Sequence record: MT446390.1 | Length of the DNA stretch: 64,000 bases | Reading direction: 5' to 3' (one strand) | Source: Escherichia phage TH12 | Shown here: piece by piece, positions 61,526 through 64,000 of the stretch | How positions within the stretch are numbered: the stretch's first letter is position 1 | Layout: every line of letters starts with the position of its first letter | Made by a program: the position numbers and the translations under genes | The notes under the pieces: model-generated | Seen by the model: the letters and a program-made list of their open reading frames with translations, nothing else | Told to the model about the DNA's origin: nothing | Databases searched by the model: none

Positions 61526-61992
61526 ATTATGATAGATTTTATCCTTGCGATTTTGTGAATGGTCCTGGTTGTAGGGTCGTTCTTTTCGTTACGGGGTGTT
61601 TGCATAAATGCGAAGGGTGTTATAATAAATCAACATGGAATGCTAGAAATGGTATTCCATTCACTGGTGAAACACTAGAACAATTAATTGAATGTTTGAA
61701 TAATTATTATATAGAAGGATTAACTATAACCGGAGGAGACCCTCTCTATCCTGATAACCGAGATGTTATTCATTACATTGTTCAAACAGTAAAAAATCTT
61801 TATCCCAATAAAAGCATTTGGTTGTGGACAGGATATAAGTTTGAAGATATTAAACAGCTAGAAATGCTTAAATATGTTGATGTTATTATTGATGGGAAGT
61901 ATGAGAAAAATCTTCCGACCAAAAAGCTGTGGCGAGGATCAGATAATCAGCGACTTTGGTCAAATACCGATGGGGTGTGGAAACATGATTAA
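61522..61992 (+). CDS. nrdG: anaerobic RNR activating protein NrdG (radical SAM)
   Basis: 156 aa; radical-SAM Cys cluster CLHKCEGCYNK. Confidence 0.9.
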   Translation: MNYDRFYPCDFVNGPGCRVVLFVTGCLHKCEGCYNKSTWNARNGIPFTGETLEQLIECLNNYYIEGLTITGGDPLYPDNRDVIHYIVQTVKNLYPNKSIWLWTGYKFEDIKQLEMLKYVDVIIDGKYEKNLPTKKLWRGSDNQRLWSNTDGVWKHD

Positions 61993-62103
61993 ATTGAATT
62001 ACATTATGGATACTATAAATGATATGATTTTTCATTTTGGTCCAGAATTTTATTCGCAATATGGTTTGCTTATCAATGCTTGGTTAATTAATTAAGGGTA
62101 AAT

Positions 62104-62319
62104 ATGTATAAATTTCGTAAAGGTTTAGCTGATTTTCTTACAACTGTAACGTTCTTTTTGTTTATGGCAGTTGGAGCTATTTTTCTTATTCCTTTTACTG
62201 GTGTATTTTTCGTGATTAGTTTAATTTCTCCAGAAAAGGGCTTATCTTCTAATGAGTTCAATGAGCGTCTGGATAAAATTACTAACAAACTGAATTCTGT
62301 TCTTGATAAAAAGGCTTAA
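62104..62319 (+). CDS. small membrane protein
   Basis: 71 aa, hydrophobic core. Confidence 0.45.
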   Translation: MYKFRKGLADFLTTVTFFLFMAVGAIFLIPFTGVFFVISLISPEKGLSSNEFNERLDKITNKLNSVLDKKA

Positions 62320-62321
62320 TT

Positions 62322-62639
62322 ATGATTAGTTTTGAGCGGTATGTAGTAGAGAGTTGGAATGGGTTTGATATGTTCGGTAATGACTATTATTTTTACGAAT
62401 GTAATCTAAATCCTAGTTTTTGGGCTGGACGTGAACGAGATCTCGAAGAAATTAATGCTCGCGCCGAATTGTTAGGTGAACTGCCTACAGTTTATTTTAC
62501 ATTTGATGAATCTGGATTTGTTATCCAGGTTTATTTTCCTGAAGAAAACTCTGGTGAGGATTCTGTTAATCCTCCTTATTGGGCTTATCAAGGAATTATT
62601 TCTCGTGGAACAAAACTCGAACTTAAAGAACAAGATTGA
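62322..62639 (+). CDS. hypothetical protein
   Basis: 105 aa ORF. Confidence 0.45.
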   Translation: MISFERYVVESWNGFDMFGNDYYFYECNLNPSFWAGRERDLEEINARAELLGELPTVYFTFDESGFVIQVYFPEENSGEDSVNPPYWAYQGIISRGTKLELKEQD

Positions 62640-62928
62640 AATCTATGGCATCCCTGAAGAAGTTGGACGTTGTCCAGGATGTTATACTGTTACAAAACTT
62701 TTAAAGGAGCTCAATGCTCCTTATACATTTTATAAAGTCCTCACTAATAATGGTAAGATTGAATATGACCGTCCTTTAATCGTATCTCTTGCTAAACGTG
62801 CAGGATTCACTTCACTTAATATTCGTTATCCTGTCATATTTTTAAATGGTAAGAAACAAAAGAATATTGCAGAGTTTAAAAAGTCCTTGATTTCATTAGG
62901 ATACGACTCTGATATCATAGAAGATTGA
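62605..62928 (+). CDS. glutaredoxin/thioredoxin-like protein (CPGC motif); start uncertain, possibly non-ATG
   Basis: Reading frame contains ...IEIYGIPEEVGRCPGCYTVTKLLKEL...; no in-frame ATG after the upstream gene stop; candidate GTG at 62605. Confidence 0.4.
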   Translation: MEQNSNLKNKIEIYGIPEEVGRCPGCYTVTKLLKELNAPYTFYKVLTNNGKIEYDRPLIVSLAKRAGFTSLNIRYPVIFLNGKKQKNIAEFKKSLISLGYDSDIIED

Positions 62929-62950
62929 CCAGGTGCCGCCTGGTCTTCTT
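62926..62950 (+). terminator. terminator hairpin
   Basis: GACCAGG-tgccg-CCTGGTC followed by TTCTTT. Confidence 0.5.
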
Positions 62951-63036
62951 TATCCCATTTCTAATATAATCTATTGGAACCCTCACTTCACTATCTCCTT
63001 GTGCCCCTCTCAAATCAAAAATATTTTCATAAAACA

Positions 63037-63066
63037 GTTTACATCCTCGATAGATATGTTAAGATT
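63037..63066 (+). promoter_or_regulatory. early promoter
   Basis: GTTTAC with a weak -10 (TAAGAT) about 17 nt downstream. Confidence 0.45.
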
Positions 63067-63093
63067 AAACCATCTGCTATAGAGGAAAACAAA

Positions 63094-63276
63094 ATGACAA
63101 TTGAAGATAAAGAAATTAAGGTTGACCAGTACTATTCTGTCAACGGTAATGCAGTACAGATAACCAGAGTTTCAAGCCTGGATGTTTGGTACCGTTCAAT
63201 CAAATATCCAGAAATTGGTGAAATGCTTTGTGACCGTAGTATCTTCTGTTCAATTGCGAAGGAAATTAAGCCATGA
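63094..63276 (+). CDS. small hypothetical protein
   Basis: Start at ATG 63094 (MTIEDKEIKVDQYYS...) after RBS AGAGGAAAA. Confidence 0.4.
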   Translation: MTIEDKEIKVDQYYSVNGNAVQITRVSSLDVWYRSIKYPEIGEMLCDRSIFCSIAKEIKP

Positions 63277-63521
63277 TTAGTTTAGATTCAAAGAAAGTTG
63301 TTCTAACCCTTAAAGTTAATGATGAGCGACCGGTATTCGTTACCATTTCCGATTTGCATGTTGAAATTGCTAATGGCGTTCGTACTTATCAAACGTCTAA
63401 AACTCAATGGGACTATATCCCAATGTTGACGCTTACTCAGCGTTTAGAATCAATCGGACTTAAAGACCTTTCAGTAAGTGAAGTGAATTTTATCAAACGC
63501 ATTGTATCAATCAACCTCTGA
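63273..63521 (+). CDS. hypothetical protein
   Basis: 82 aa ORF, ATGA overlap with upstream gene. Confidence 0.4.
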   Translation: MISLDSKKVVLTLKVNDERPVFVTISDLHVEIANGVRTYQTSKTQWDYIPMLTLTQRLESIGLKDLSVSEVNFIKRIVSINL

Positions 63522-63528
63522 GGTACTT

Positions 63529-63822
63529 ATGGGTAAAACATATCGTCGTAAAGATTTGAAAGTTCGCGATTACGACTATTTTGGTAAGCGTAAAGCTCCT
63601 GATGGTGTTAGCCACAAAGACATGGTTGAAAACATCTTCCGCTCAGATAAATGGAAACGTATGAAAGGCGTTGATTCTGAAGTCAAGAATGAAATGAATC
63701 GACAACTCCGCAAAGAAGTTCGTAAGTTGAAAAAAGATGTTTACAGTAAAGAAGATTATGATTATAATACTTCTCATACTGAAGCCAAACGTAAAGCTAA
63801 CGAATGTTATCGTTACAGTTGA
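63529..63822 (+). CDS. small basic hypothetical protein
   Basis: Start at ATG 63529 (MGKTYRRKDLKVRDYDYFG...) after RBS TGAGGT. Confidence 0.4.
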   Translation: MGKTYRRKDLKVRDYDYFGKRKAPDGVSHKDMVENIFRSDKWKRMKGVDSEVKNEMNRQLRKEVRKLKKDVYSKEDYDYNTSHTEAKRKANECYRYS

Positions 63823-63829
63823 GGAAATT

Positions 63830-63964
63830 ATGAATATCAAACGAATGCTTTTTAAGCAGGGATTATATACTTTAAATGTTAATCCAAAGGGTGATACAAC
63901 TAAATGGTCTGTAAATGACTGGATTAAGTTCATCGATGAAAATGGGGCATGGAACACAAAATGA
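63830..63964 (+). CDS. small hypothetical protein
   Basis: Start at ATG 63830 (MNIKRMLFKQGLYTLNV...) after RBS GAGGAAA; 44 aa. Confidence 0.3.
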   Translation: MNIKRMLFKQGLYTLNVNPKGDTTKWSVNDWIKFIDENGAWNTK

Positions 63965-64000
63965 ATCCTGAAAATATTGTGTCATGGCAACTTCGTGAAG

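Noticed and set aside
62476-62604. N-terminal extension of ORF 62476-62928
   Set aside because: This part overlaps the upstream 105-aa gene in another frame and has no RBS; only the C-terminal glutaredoxin-like part was kept, with start uncertain

Overview
This window is a contiguous segment of a T4-like (Tevenvirinae) myovirus genome, called from protein-level recognition of the translated ORFs; no search was run. Bases 1-27159 are the late structural/packaging module, all on the minus strand in T4 order: gp23 (N-terminal fragment), 22, 21, 68, 67, 20, 19, 18, 17, 16, 15, 14, 13, wac, 12, 11, 10, 9, 8, 7, 6, 5.4, 5.1, 5, 53, with TATAAATA late promoters and tetraloop hairpins in the few intergenic gaps. 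Bases 27221-64000 are a plus-strand early/accessory module with recognisable T4 anchors (4, 2, 3, 1, 57A, 57B/Acb1, ipI, two tRNAs, nudE, e, denV, ipII-like, GrcA-like, vs.4/Acb2-like, regB, tk, rI, nrdC, 49, nrdD, nrdG) interleaved with many small ORFs of unknown function. The accessory module is punctuated by at least 16 repeated early-promoter/stem-loop cassettes (GTTTAC -35, TATAGT/TACTAT -10 inside an inverted repeat). The most interesting candidates for something undescribed are an adjacent nucleotidyltransferase-fold plus AAA+ ATPase gene pair, a TARG1/OARD1-like macro-domain protein, six capsid-targeted internal-protein-like genes, and a tandem triplet of small paralogs. No CRISPR array, integrase, transposase, intron or homing endonuclease was seen.
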